Below are positions 1 to 15,000 of a stretch of 64,000 nt of DNA, in pieces. Origin of the DNA: Dendrobates tinctorius (lineage: Eukaryota). The position numbers and the translations under genes are program-made. The stretch is taken from NCBI RefSeq assembly GCF_039654945.1, contig NW_027361731.1, forward strand, positions 25,668,001 to 25,732,000, written 5' to 3'. The first letter of the stretch is position 1. Each line of letters starts with the position of its first letter. Below the pieces are notes generated by a model. It saw only the letters and a list, made by a program, of their open reading frames with translations. It did no database searches and was not told the origin of the DNA.

Positions 1-3000
1 AATACAGGATGTAACGCAGGATCAGTAATGCATGTACACAGTGACTGCACCAGCAGAATAGTGAGTGCAGCTCTGGAGTATAATACAGGATGTAACTCAG
101 GATCAGTAATGTAATGTATGTACACAGTGACTGCACCAGCAGAATAGTGAGTGCAGCTCTGGAGTATAATACAGGATGTAACTCAGGATCAGTAATGTAT
201 GTACACAGTGACTGCACCAGCAGAATAGTGAGTACAGCTCTGGGGTATAATACAGGATGTAACTCAGGATCAGTAATGTAATGTATGTACACAGTGACTG
301 CCCCAGCAGAAAAGTGAGTGCAGCTCTGGGGTATAATACAGGATGTAGCTCAGGATCAGTAATGTAATGTATGTACACAGTGACTGCACCAGCAGAATAG
401 TGAGTGCAGCTCTGGGGTGTAATACAGGAAATAACTCAGGATCAGTAATGTAATGTATGTACACAGTGACTGCACCAGCAGAATAGTGAGTGCAGCTCTG
501 GAGTATAATACAGGATGTAACTCAGGATCAGTAATGTAATGTATGTACACAGTGACTGCACCAGCAGAATAGTGAGTGCAGCTCTGGAGTATAATACAAG
601 ATGTAACTCAGGATCTGTAATGTAATGTATGTACACAGTGACTGCACCAGCAGAATAGTGAGTGCAGCTCTGGAGTATAATACAGGAGGTAACTCCGGAT
701 CAGTAATGTAATGTATGTACACAGTGACTGCACCAGCAGAATAGTGAGTGCAGCTCTGGAGTATAATACAGGATGTAACTCAGGATTAGTAATGCATGTA
801 CACAGTGACTGCACCAGCAGAATAGTGAGCGCAGCTCTGGGGTATAATACAGGATGTAACGCAGGATCAGTAATGTATGTACACAGGGACTGCACCAGCA
901 GAATAGTGAGTGCAGCTCTGCAGTATAATACAGGATGTAACTCAGGATCAGTAATGTAATGTATGTACAGAGTGACTGCACCAGCAGAATAGTGAGCGCA
1001 GCTCTGGAGTATAATACAGGATGTAACTCAGGATCAGTAATGTATGTACACAGTGACTGCACCAGCAGAATAGTGAGCGCAGCTCTGGGGTATAATACAG
1101 GATGTAACGCAGGATCAGTAATATATGTACACAGTGACTGCACCAGCAGAATAGTGAGTGCAGCTCTGCAGTATAATACAGGATGTAACTCAGGATCAGT
1201 AATGTAATGTATGTACACAGTGACTGCACCAGCAGAATAGTGAGTGCAGCTCTGGGGTATAATACAGGAGGTAACTCAGGATCAGTAATGTAATGTATGT
1301 ACACAGTAACTGCACCAGCAGAATAGTGAGTGCAGCTCTGGAGTATAATACAGGAGGTAACTCAGGATCAGTAATGTAATGTATGTACACAGTAACTGCA
1401 CCAGCAGAATAGTGAGTGCAGCTCTGGCGTATAATACAGGAGGTAACTCAGGATCAGTAATGTAATGTATGTACACAGTGACTGCACCAGCAGAATAGTG
1501 AGTGCAGCTCTGGGGTATAATACAGGATGTAACTCAGGATCAGTAATGTAATGTATGTACACAGTGCCTGCACCAGCAGAATAGTGAGTGCAGCTCTGGA
1601 GTATAATACAGGATGTAACTCAGGATCAGTAATGTAATGTATGTACACAGTGACTGCACCAGCAGAATAGTGAGTGCAGCTCTGGGGTATAATACAGGAT
1701 GTAACTCAGGATCAGTAATGTATTTACACAGTGACTGCGCCAGCAGAATAGTGAGTGCAGCTCTGGGGTATAATACAGGATGTAACTCAGGATCAGTAAT
1801 GTATGTATACAGTGACAGTACCAGCAGAATAGTGAGTGCAGCTCTGGGGTATAATACAAGATGTAACTCAGGATCAGTAATGTAATGTATGTACACAGTG
1901 ACTGCACCAGCAGAATAGTGAGTGCACCTCTGGGGTATAATACAGGATGTAACCCAGGATCAGTAATGTATGTACACAGTGACTGCACCAGCAGAATAGT
2001 GAGTGCAGCTCTGGGGTATAATACAGAATGTAACTCAGGATCAGTAACGTATGTACAAAGTGACTGCACCAGCAGAATAGTGAGTGCAGCTCTGGAGTAT
2101 AATACAGGATGTAACTCAGGATCAGTAATGTATTGTATGTACACAGTGACTGCACCAGCAGAATAGTGAGTGCAGCTCTGGGGTATAATACAGGATGTAA
2201 CTCAGGATCAGTAATGTAATGTATGTACACAGTGACTGCACCAGCAGAATAGTGAGTGCAGCTCTGGGGTATAATACAGGATGTAACTCAGGATCAGTAA
2301 TGTATGTACACAGTGATTGCACCAGCAGAATAGTGAGTGCAGCTCTGGGGTATAATACAGGATGTAACTCAGGATCAGTAATGTAATGTATGTACACAGT
2401 GACTGCACCAGCAGAATAGTGAGTGCAGCTCTGGGGTATAATTCAGGATGTAACTCAGGATCAGTAATGTATGTACACAGTGACTGCACCAGCAGAATAG
2501 TGAGTGCAGCTCTGGAGGATAATACAGGATGTAACTCAGGATCAGTAATGTATGTACACAGTGATTGCACCAGCAGAATAGTGAGTGCAGCTCTGGGGTA
2601 TAATACAGGATGTAACTTAGGATCAGTAATGTAATGTATGTACACAGTGACTGCACCAGCAGAATAGTGAGTGCAGCTCTGGAGTATAATACAGGATGTA
2701 ACTCAGGATCAGTAATGTAATGTATGTACACAGTGACTGCACCAGCAGAATAGTGAGTGCAGCTCTGGGGTATAATACAGGAGGTAACTCAGGATCAGTA
2801 ATGTAATGTATGTACACAGTAACTGCACCAGCAGAATAGTGAGTGCAGCTCTGGAGTATAATACAGGAGGTAACTCAGGATCAGTAATGTAAAGTATGTA
2901 CACAGTAACTGCACCAGCAGAATAGTGAGTGCAGCTCTGGCGTATAATACAGGAGGTAACTCAGGATCAGTAATGTAATGTATGTACACAGTAACTGCAC

Positions 3001-6000
3001 CAGCAGAATAGTGAGTGCAGCTCTGGAGTATAATACAGGATGTAACTCAGGATCAGTAATGTAATGTATGTACACAGTGACTGCACCAGCAGAATAGTGA
3101 GTGCAGCCCTGGAGTATAATACAGGATGTAACTCGGGATCAGTAATGTAATGTATGTACACAGTGACTGCACCAGCAGAATAGTGAGTGCAGCTCTGGAG
3201 TATAATACAGGAGGTAACTCAGGATCAGTAATGTAATGTATGTACACAGTGACTGCACCAGCAGAATAGTGAGTACAGCTCTGGGGTATAATACAGAATA
3301 TAACTCAGGATCAGTAATGCAATGTACGTACACAGTGACTGCACCACCAGAACAGTGAGTGCAGCTCTGGGGTATAAATACAGAATGTAACTCAGGATCA
3401 GTAATGTAATGTATGTACACAGTGACTGCACCAGCAGAATAGTGAGTGCAGCTCTGGGGTATAAATACAGAATGTAACTCAGGATCAGTAATGTCATGTA
3501 TGTACACAGTGACTGCACCAGCAGAATAGTGAGTGCAGCTCTGGAGTATAATACAGGATGTAACTCAGGATCAGTAATGTATGTACACAGTGACTGCACC
3601 AGCAGAATAGTGAGTGCAGCCCTGGAGTATAATACAGGATGTAACTCGGGATCAGTAATGTAATGTATGTACACAGTGACTGCACCAGCAGAATAGTGAG
3701 TGCAGCTCTGGAGTATAATACAGGAGGTAACTCAGGATCAGTAATGTAATGTATGTACACAGTGATTGCACCAGCAGAATAGTGAGTGCAGCTCTGGGGT
3801 ATAATACAGGATGTAACTCAGGATCAGTAATGTAATGTATGTACACAGTGACTGCACCAGCAGAATAGTGAGTGCAGCTCTGGGGTATAATTCAGGATGT
3901 AACTCAGGATCAGTAATGTATGTACACAGTGACTGCACCAGCAGAATAGTGAGTGCAGCTCTGGAGGATAATACAGGATGTAACTCAGGATCAGTAATGT
4001 ATGTACACAGTGATTGCACCAGCAGAATAGTGAGTGCAGCTCTGGGGTATAATACAGGATGTAACTTAGGATCAGTAATGTAATGTATGTACACAGTGAC
4101 TGCACCAGCAGAATAGTGAGTGCAGCTCTGGAGTATAATACAGGATGTAACTCAGGATCAGTAATGTAATGTATGTACACAGTGACTGCACCAGCAGAAT
4201 AGTGAGTGCAGCTCTGGGGTATAAATACAGAATGTAACTCAGGATCAGTAATGTCATGTATGTACACAGTGACTGCACCAGCAGAATAGTGAGTGCAGCT
4301 CTGGAGTATAATACAGGATGTAACTCAGGATCAGTAATGTATGTACACAGTGACTGCACCAGCAGAATAGTGAGTGCAGCCCTGGAGTATAATACAGGAT
4401 GTAACTCGGGATCAGTAATGTAATGTATGTACACAGTGACTGCACCAGCAGAATAGTGAGTGCAGCTCTGGAGTATAATACAGGAGGTAACTCAGGATCA
4501 GTAATGTAATGTATGTACACAGTGATTGCACCAGCAGAATAGTGAGTGCAGCTCTGGGGTATAATACAGGATGTAACTCAGGATCAGTAATGTAATGTAT
4601 GTACACAGTGACTGCACCAGCAGAATAGTGAGTGCAGCTCTGGGGTATAATTCAGGATGTAACTCAGGATCAGTAATGTATGTACACAGTGACTGCACCA
4701 GCAGAATAGTGAGTGCAGCTCTGGAGGATAATACAGGATGTAACTCAGGATCAGTAATGTATGTACACAGTGATTGCACCAGCAGAATAGTGAGTGCAGC
4801 TCTGGGGTATAATACAGGATGTAACTTAGGATCAGTAATGTAATGTATGTACACAGTGACTGCACCAGCAGAATAGTGAGTGCAGCTCTGGAGTATAATA
4901 CAGGATGTAACTCAGGATCAGTAATGTAATGTATGTACACAGTGACTGCACCAGCAGAATAGTGAGTGCAGCTCTTGGGTATAATACAGGAGGTAACTCA
5001 GGATCAGTAATGTAATGTATGTACACAGTAACTGCACCAGCAGAATAGTGAGTGCAGCTCTGGAGTATAATACAGGAGGTAACTCAGGATCAGTAATGTA
5101 ATGTATGTACACAGTAACTGCACCAGCAGAATAGTGAGTGCAGCTCTGGCGTATAATACAGGAGGTAACTCAGGATCAGTAATGTAATGTATGTACACAG
5201 TAACTGCACCAGCAGAATAGTGAGTGCAGCTCTGGAGTATAATACAGGATGTAACTCAGGATCAGTAATGTAATGTATGTACACAGTGACTGCACCAGCA
5301 GAATAGTGAGTGCAGCCCTGGAGTATAATACAGGATGTAACTCGGGATCAGTAATGTAATGTATGTACACAGTGACTGCACCAGCAGAATAGTGAGTGCA
5401 GCTCTGGAGTATAATACAGGAGGTAACTCAGGATCAGTAATGTAATGTATGTACACAGTGACTGCACCAGCAGAATAGTGAGTACAGCTCTGGGGTATAA
5501 TACAGGATATAACTCAGGATCAGTAATGCAATGTACGTACACAGTGACTGCACCACCAGAACAGTGAGTGCAGCTCTGGGGTATAAATACAGAATGTAAC
5601 TCAGGATCAGTAATGTAATGTATTTACACAGTGACTGCACCAGCAGAATAGTGAGTGCAGCTCTGGGGTATAAATACAGAATGTAACTCAGGATCAGTAA
5701 TGTCATGTATGTACACAGTGACTGCACCAGCAGAATAGTGAGTGCAGCTCTGGAGTATAATACAGGATGTAACTCAGGATCAGTAATGTATGTACACAGT
5801 GACTGCACCAGCAGAATAGTGAGTGCAGCCCTGGAGTATAATACAGGATGTAACTCGGGATCAGTAATGTAATGTATGTACACAGTGACTGCACCAGCAG
5901 AATAGTGAGTGCAGCTCTGGAGTATAATACAGGAGGTAACTCAGGATCAGTAATGTAATGTATGTACACAGTAACTGCACCAGGAGAATAGTGAGTGCAG

Positions 6001-9000
6001 CTCTGGAGTAGAATACTGGATGTAACTCAGGATCAGTAATGTAATGTATGTACACAGTGACTGCACCAGCAGAATAGTGAGTGCAGCTCTGGAGTATAAT
6101 ACAGGAGGTAACTCAGGATCAGTAATGTATGTACACAGTAACTGCACCAGCAGAATAGTGAGTGCAGCTCTGGAGTATAATACAGGAGGTAACTCAGGAT
6201 CAGTAATGTAATGTATGTACACAGTAACTGCACCAGCAGAATAGTGAGTGCACCTCTGGGGTATAATACAGAATGTAACTCAGGATCAGTAATGTAATGT
6301 ATGTACACAGTGACTGCACCAGCAGAATAGTGAGTGCAGCTCTGGGGTATAAATACAGAATGTAACTCAGGATCAGTAATGTCATGTATGTACACAGTGA
6401 CTGCACCAGCAGAATAGTGAGTGCAGCTCTGGAGTATAATACAGGATGTAACTCAGGATCAGTAATGTATGTACACAGTGACTGCACCAGCAGAATAGTG
6501 AGTGCAGCTCTGGAGTATAATACAGAATGTAACTCAGGATCAGTAATGTCATGTATGTACACAGTGACTGCTCCAGCAGAATAGTGAGTGCAGCTCTGGG
6601 GTATAATACAGGATGTAACTCAGGATCAGTAATGCATGTACACAGTGACTGCACCAGCAGAATAGTGAGTGCAGCTCTGGGGTATAATACAGGATGTAAC
6701 TCAGGATCTGTAATGTAATGTATGTACACCGTGACTGCACCAGCAGAATAGTGAGTGCAGCTCTGGGGTGTAATACAGGAAATAACTCAGGATCAGTAAT
6801 GTAATGTATGTACACAGTGACTGCACCAGCAGAATAGTGAGTGCAGCTCTGGAGTATAATACAGGATGTAACTCAGGATCAGTAATGTAATGTATGTACA
6901 CAGTGACTGCACCAGCAGAATAGTGAGTGCAGCTCTGGGGTATAATACAGGAAATAACTCAGGATCTGTAATGTAATGTATGTACACAGTGACTGCACCA
7001 GCAGAATAGTGAGTGCAGCTCTGGAGTATAATACAAGATGTAACTCAGGATCTGTAATGTAATGTATGTACACAGTGACTGCACCAGCAGAATAGTGAGT
7101 GCAGCTCTGGAGTATAATACAGGATGTAACTCAGGATCAGTAATGTAATGTATGTACACAGTGACTGCACCAGCAGAATAGTGAGTGCAGCTCTGGGGTA
7201 TAATACAGGAAATAACTCAAGATCTGTAATGTAATGTATGTACACAGTGACTGCACCAGCAGAATAGTGAGTGCAGCTCTGGGGTATAATACAGGATGTA
7301 ACTCAGGATCTGTAATGCAATGTATGTACACAGTGACTGCACCAGCAGAATAGTGAGTGCAGCTCTGGAGTATAATACAGGATGTAACTCAGGATTAGTA
7401 ATGTAATGTATGTACACAGTGACTGCACCAGCAGAATGGTGAGTGCAGCTCTGGGGTATAATACAGGATTTAACTCAGGATCTGTAATGCAATGTATGTA
7501 CACAGTGACTGCACCAGCAGAATAGTGAGTGCAGCTCTGGGGTATAATACAGGATGTAACTCAGGATCAGTAATGTAATGTATGTACACAGAGAATGCAC
7601 CAGCAGAATAGTGAGTGCAGCTCTGGAGTATAATACAGGATGTAACTCAGGATCAGTAATGTATGTACACAGAGACTGCACCAGCAGAATAGTGAGTGCA
7701 GCTCTGGAGTATAATACAGGATGTAACTCAGGATCAGTAATGTAATGTATGTACACAGTGACTGCACCAGCAGAATAGTGAGTGCAGCTCTGGGGTATAA
7801 TACAGGATGTAACTCAGGATCAGTAATGTAATGTATGTACACAGTGACTGCACCAGCAGAATAGTGAGTGCAGCTCTGGGGTATAATACAGGATGTAACT
7901 CAGGATCAGTAATGTAATGTATGTACACAGAGACTGCACCAGCAGAATAGTGAGTGCAGCTCTGGAGTATAATACAGGATGTAACTCAGGATCAGTAATG
8001 TAATGTATGTACAGAGTGACTGCACCAGCAGAATAGTGAGCGCAGCTCTGGAGTATAATACAGGATGTAACTCAGGATCAGTAATGTATGTACACAGTGA
8101 CTGCACCAGCAGAATAGTGAGCGCAGCTCTGGGGTATAATACAGGATGTAACGCAGGATCAGTAATGTATGTACACAGTGACTGCACCAGCAGAATAGTG
8201 AGTGCAGCTCTGCAGTATAATACAGGATGTAACTCAGGATCAGTAATGTAATGTATGTACAGAGTGACTGCACCAGCAGAATAGTGAGCGCAGCTCTGGA
8301 GTATAATACAGGATGTAACTCAGGATCAGTAATGTACATACACAGTGACTTCACCAGCAGAATAGTGAGTGCAGCTCTGGAATATAATACAGGATGTAAC
8401 TCAGGATCAGTAATGTATGTACACAGTGACAGCACCAGCAGAATAGTGAGTGCAGCTCTGGGGTATAATACAGGATGTAACTCAGGATCAGTAATGTACA
8501 TACACAGTGACTTCACCAGCAGAATAGTGAGTGCAGCTCTGGGGTATAATACAGGATGTAACGCAGGATCAGTAATGCATGTACACAGTGACTGCACCAG
8601 CAGAATAGTGAGTGCAGCTCTGGAGTATAATACAGGATGTAACTCAGGATCAGTAATGTAATGTATACACACAGTGACTGCACCAGCAGAATAGTGAGTG
8701 CAGCCCTGGAGTATAATACAGGATGTAACTCAGGATCAGTAATGTAATGTATGTACACAGTGACTGCACCAGCAGAATAATGAGTACAGCTCTGGGGTAT
8801 AATACAGGATGTAACTCAGGATCAGTAATGTAATGTACACAGTGACTGCACCAGCAGAATAGTGAGTGCAGCTCTGAAGTATAATACAGGATGTAACTCA
8901 GGATCAGTAATGTAATGTATGTACACAGTGACTGCACCAGCAGAATAATGAGTACAGCTCTGGGGTATAATACAGGATGTAACTCAGGATCAGTAATGTA

Positions 9001-12000
9001 ATGTATGTACACAGTGACTGCACCAGCAGAATAGTGAGTGCAGCTCTGGAGTATAATACAGGATGTAACTCAGGATCAGTAATGTAATGTATGTACACAG
9101 TGACTGCACCAGCAGAATAGTGAGTGCAGCTCTGGGGTATAATACAGGATGTAACGCAGGATCAGTAATGCATGTACACAGTGACTGCACCAGCAGAATA
9201 GTGAGTGCAGCTCTGGAGTATAATACAGGATGTAACTCAGGATCAGTAATGTAATGTATGTACACAGTGACTGCACCAGCAGAATAGTGAGTGCAGCTCT
9301 GGAGTATAATACAGGATGTAACTCAGGATCAGTAATGTAATGTATGTACACAGTGACTGCACCAGCAGAATAATGAGTACAGCTCTGGGGTATAATACAG
9401 GATGTAACTCAGGATCAGTAATGTAATGTATGTACACAGTGACTGCACCAGCAGAATAGTGAGTGCAGCTCTGGAGTATAATACAGGATGTAACTCAGGA
9501 TCAGTAATGTAATGTATGTACACAGTGACTGCACCAGCAGAATAGTGAGTGCAGCTCTGGGGTATAATACAGGATGTAACCCAGGATCAGTAATGCATGT
9601 ACACAGTGACTGCACCAGCAGAATAGTGAGTGCAGCTCTGGAGTATAATACAGGATGTAACTCAGGATCAGTAATGTAATGTATGTACACAGTGACTGCA
9701 CCAGCAGAATAGTGAGTGCAGCTCTGGAGTATAATACAGGATGTAACTCAGGATCAGTAATGTAATGTATGTACACAGTGACTGCACCAGCAGAATAGTG
9801 AGTGCAGCTCTGGAGTATAATACAGGATGTAACTCAGGATCAGTAATGTATGTACACAGTGACTGCACCAGCAGAATAGTGAGTGCAGCCCTGGAGTATA
9901 ATACAGGATGTAACTCAGGATCAGTAATGTAATGTATGTACACAGTGACTGCACCAGCAGAATAATGAGTACAGCTCTGGGGTATAATACAGGATGTAAC
10001 TCAGGATCAGTAATGTATGTACACAGTGACTGCACCAGCAGAATAGTGAGTGCAGCCCTGGAGTATAATACAGGATGTAACTCAGGATCAGTAATGTAAT
10101 GTATGTACACAGTGACTGCACCAGCAGAATAGTGAGTTGAGCTCTGGATTATAATACAGGATGTAACTCAGGATCAGTAATGTATGTACACAGTGACTGC
10201 ACCAGCAGAATAGTGAGTGCAGCCCTGGAGTATAATACAGGATGTAACTCAGGATCAGTAATGTAATGTATGTACACAGTGACTGCACCAGCAGAATAGT
10301 GAGTGCAGCTCTGGGGTATAATACAGGATGTAACTCAGGATCAGTAATGTAATGTATGTACACAGTGACTGCACCAGCAGAATAGTGAGTGCAGCTCTGG
10401 GGTATAATACAGGAAATAACTCAGGATCTGTAATGTAATGTATGTACACAGTGACTGCACCAGCAGAATAGTGAGTGCAGCTCTGGAGTATAATACAAGA
10501 TGTAACTCAGGATCTGTAATGTAATGTATGTACACAGTGACTGCACCAGCAGAATAGTGAGTGCAGCTCTGGAGTATAATACAGGAGGTAACTCCGGATC
10601 AGTAATGTAATGTATGTACACAGTGACTGCACCAGCAGAATAGTGAGTGCAGCTCTGGAGTATAATACAGGATGTAACTCAGGATTAGTAATGCATGTAC
10701 ACAGTGACTGCACCAGCAGAATAGTGAGCGCAGCTCTGGGGTATAATACAGGATGTAACGCAGGATCAGTAATGTATGTACACAGGGACTGCACCAGCAG
10801 AATAGTGAGTGCAGCTCTGCAGTATAATACAGGATGTAACTCAGGATCAGTAATGTAATGTATGTACAGAGTGACTGCACCAGCAGAATAGTGAGCGCAG
10901 CTCTGGAGTATAATACAGGATGTAACTCAGGATCAGTAAAGTATGTACACAGTGACTGCACCAGCAGAATAGTGAGCGCAGCTCTGGGGTATAATACAGG
11001 ATGTAACGCAGGATCAGTAATGTATGTACACAGTGACTGCACCAGCAGAATAGTGAGTGCAGCTCTGCAGTATAATACAGGATGTAACTCAGGATCAGTA
11101 ATGTAATGTATGTACAGAGTGACTGCACCAGCAGAATAGTGAGCGCAGCTCTGGAGTATAATACAGGATGTAACTCAGGATCAGTAATGTATGTACACAG
11201 TGACTGCACCAGCAGAATAGTGAGTGCAGCTCTGGAGTATAATACAGGATGTAACTCAGGATCAGTAATGTACTTACACAGTGACTTCACCAGCAGAATA
11301 GTGAGTGCAGCTCTGGAATATAATACAGGATGTAACTCAGGATCAGTAATGTATGTACACAGTGACTGCACCAGCAGAATAGTGAGTGCAGCTCTGGAGT
11401 ATAATACAGGATGTAACTCAGGATCAGTAATGTACATACACAGTGACTTCACCAGCAGAATAGTGAGTGCAGCTCTGGAATATAATACAGGATGTAACTC
11501 AGGATCAGTAATGTATGTACACAGTGACTGCACCAGCAGAATAGTGAGTGCAGCTCTGGGGTATAATACAGGATGTAACGCAGGATCAGTAATGCATGTA
11601 CACAGTGACTGCACCAGCAGAATAGTGAGTGCAGCTCTGGAGTATAATACAGGATGTAACTCAGGATCAGTAATGTAATGTATGTACACAGTGACTGCAC
11701 CAGCAGAATAGTGAGTGCAGCTCTGGAGTATAATACAGGATGTAACTCAGGATCAGTAATGTATGTACACACAGTGACTGCACCAGCAGAATAGTGAGTG
11801 CAGCCCTGGAGTATAATACAGGATGTAACTCAGGATCTGTAATGTAATGTATGTACACAGTGACTGCACCAGCAGAATAGTGAGTGCAGCTCTGGGGTAC
11901 AATACAGGATGTAAGTCAGGATCAGTAATGTAATGTATGTACACAGTGACTGCACCAGCAGAATAGTGAGTGCAGCTCTGGAGTATAATACAGGATGTAA

Positions 12001-15000
12001 CTCAGGATCAGTAATGTAATGTATGTACACAGTGACTGCACCAGCAGAATAATGAGTACAGCTCTGGGGTATAATACAGGATGTAACTCAGGATCAGTAA
12101 TGTAATGTATGTACACAGTGACTGCACCAGCAGAATAGTGAGTGCAGATCTGGGGTATAATACAGGATGTAACTCAGGATCAGTAATGTACATACACAGT
12201 GACTGCACCAGCAGAATAGTGAGTGCAGCTCTGGAGTATAATACAGGATGTAACTCAGGATCAGTAATGTAATGTAATGTATGTACACAGTGACTGCACC
12301 AGCAGAATAGTGAGTGCAGCTCTGGAGTATAATACAGGATGTAACTCAGGATCAGTAATGTAATGTATGTACACAGTGACTGCACCAGCAGAATAGTGAG
12401 TGCAGCTCTGGAGTATAATACAGGATGTAACTCAGGATCAGTAATGTAATGTATGTACACAGTGACTGCACCAGCAGAATAGTGAGTGCAGACCTGGAGT
12501 ATAATACAGGATGTAACTCAGGATCAGTAATGTAATGTATGTACACAGTGACTGCACCAGCAGAATAATGAGTACAGCTCTGGGGTATAATACAGGATGT
12601 AACTCAGGATCAGTAATGTATGTACACAGTGACTGCACCAGCAGAATAGTGAGTGCAGCCCTGGAGTATAATACAGGATGTAACTCAGGATCAGTAATGT
12701 AATGTATGTACACAGTGACTGCACCAGCAGAATAGTGAGTGCAGCTCTGGAGTATAATACAGGATGTAACTCAGGATCAGTAATGTATGTACACAGTGAC
12801 TGCACCAGCAGAATAGTGAGTGCAGCTCTGGAGTATAATACAGGATGTAACTCAGGATCAGTAATGTAATGTATGTACACAGTGACTGCACCAGCAGAAT
12901 AGTGAGTGCAGCTCTGGAGTATAATACAGGAGGTAACTCAGGATCAGTAATGTATGTACACAGTAACAGCACCAGCAGAATAGTGAGTGCAGCTCTGGAG
13001 TATAATACAGGAGGTAACTCAGGATCAGTAATGTAATGTATGTACACAGTAACTGCACCAGCAGAATAGTAAGTGCAGCTCTGGGGTATAATACAGAATG
13101 TAACTCAGGATCAGTAATGTAATGTATGTACACAGTGACTGCACCAGCAGAATAGTGAGTGCAGCTCTGGGGTATAAATACAGAATGTAACTCAGGATCA
13201 GTAATGTCATGTATGTACACAGTGACTGCACCAGCAGAATAGTGAGTGCAGCTCTGGAGTATAATACAGGATGTAACTCAGGATCAGTAATGTATGTACA
13301 CAGTGACTGCCCCAGCAGAATAGTGAGTGCAGCTCTGGGGTGTAATACAGGAAATAACTCAGGATCAGTAATGTAATGTATGTACACAGTGACTGCACCA
13401 GCAGAATAGTGAGTGCAGCTCTGGAGTATAATACAGGATGTAACTCAGGATCAGTAATGTAATGTATGTACACAGTGACTGCACCAGCAGAATAGTGAGT
13501 GCAGCTCTGGAGTATAATACAAGATGTAACTCAGGATCTGTAATGTAATGTATGTACACAGTGACTGCACCAGCAGAATAGTGAGTGCAGCTCTGGAGTA
13601 TAATACAGGAGGTAACTCCGGATCAGTAATGTAATGTATGTACACAGTGACTGCACCAGCAGAATAGTGAGTGCAGCTCTGGAGTATAATACAGGATGTA
13701 ACTCAGGATTAGTAATGCATGTACACAGTGACTGCACCAGCAGAATAGTGAGCGCAGCTCTGGGGTATAATACAGGATGTAACGCAGGATCAGTAATGTA
13801 TGTACACAGGGACTGCACCAGCAGAATAGTGAGTGCAGCTCTGCAGTATAATACAGGATGTAACTCAGGATCAGTAATGTAATGTATGTACAGAGTGACT
13901 GCACCAGCAGAATAGTGAGTGCAGCTCTGGAGTATAATACAGGATGTAACTCAGGATCAGTAATGTACATACACAGTGACTTCACCAGCAGAATAGTGAG
14001 TGCAGCTCTGGAATATAATACAGGATGTAACTCAGGATCAGTAATGTATGTACACAGTGACTGCACCAGCAGAATAGTGAGTGCAGCTCTGGAGTATAAT
14101 ACAGGATGTAACTCAGGATCAGTAATGTACATACACAGTGACTTCACCAGCAGAATAGTGAGTGCAGCTCTGGAATATAATACAGGATGTAACTCAGGAT
14201 CAGTAATGTATGTACACAGTGACTGCACCAGCAGAATAGTGAGTGCAGCTCTGGGGTATAATACAGGATGTAACTCAGGATCAGTAATGTACATACACAG
14301 TGACTTCACCAGCAGAATAGTGAGTGCAGCTCTGGGGTATAATACAGGATGTAACGCAGGATCAGTAATGCATGTACACAGTGACTGCACCAGCAGAATA
14401 GTGAGTGCAGCTCTGGAGTATAATACAGGATGTAACTCAGGATCAGTAATGTAATGTATGTACACAGTGACTGCACCAGCAGAATAGTGAGTGCAGCCCT
14501 GGAGTATAATACAGGATGTAACTCAGGATCAGTAATGTAATGTATGTACACAGTGACTGCACCAGCAGAATAATGAGTACAGCTCTGGGGTATAATACAG
14601 GATGTAACTCAGGATCATTAATGTAATGTACACAGTGACTGCACCAGCAGAATAGTGAGTGCAGCTCTGAAGTATAATACAGGATGTAACTCAGGATCAG
14701 TAATGTAATGTATGTACACAGTGACTGCACCAGCAGAATAATGAGTACAGCTCTGGGGTATAATACAGGATGTAACTCAGGATCAGTAATGTAATGTATG
14801 TACACAGTGACTGCACCAGCAGAATAGTGAGTGCAGCTCTGGGGTATAATACAGGATGTAACACAGGATCAGTAATGCATGTACACAGTAACTGCACCAG
14901 CAGAATAGTGAGTGCAGCTCTGGAGTATAATACAGGATGTAACTCAGGATCAGTAATGTAATGTATGTACACAGTGACTGCACCAGCAGAATAGTGAGTG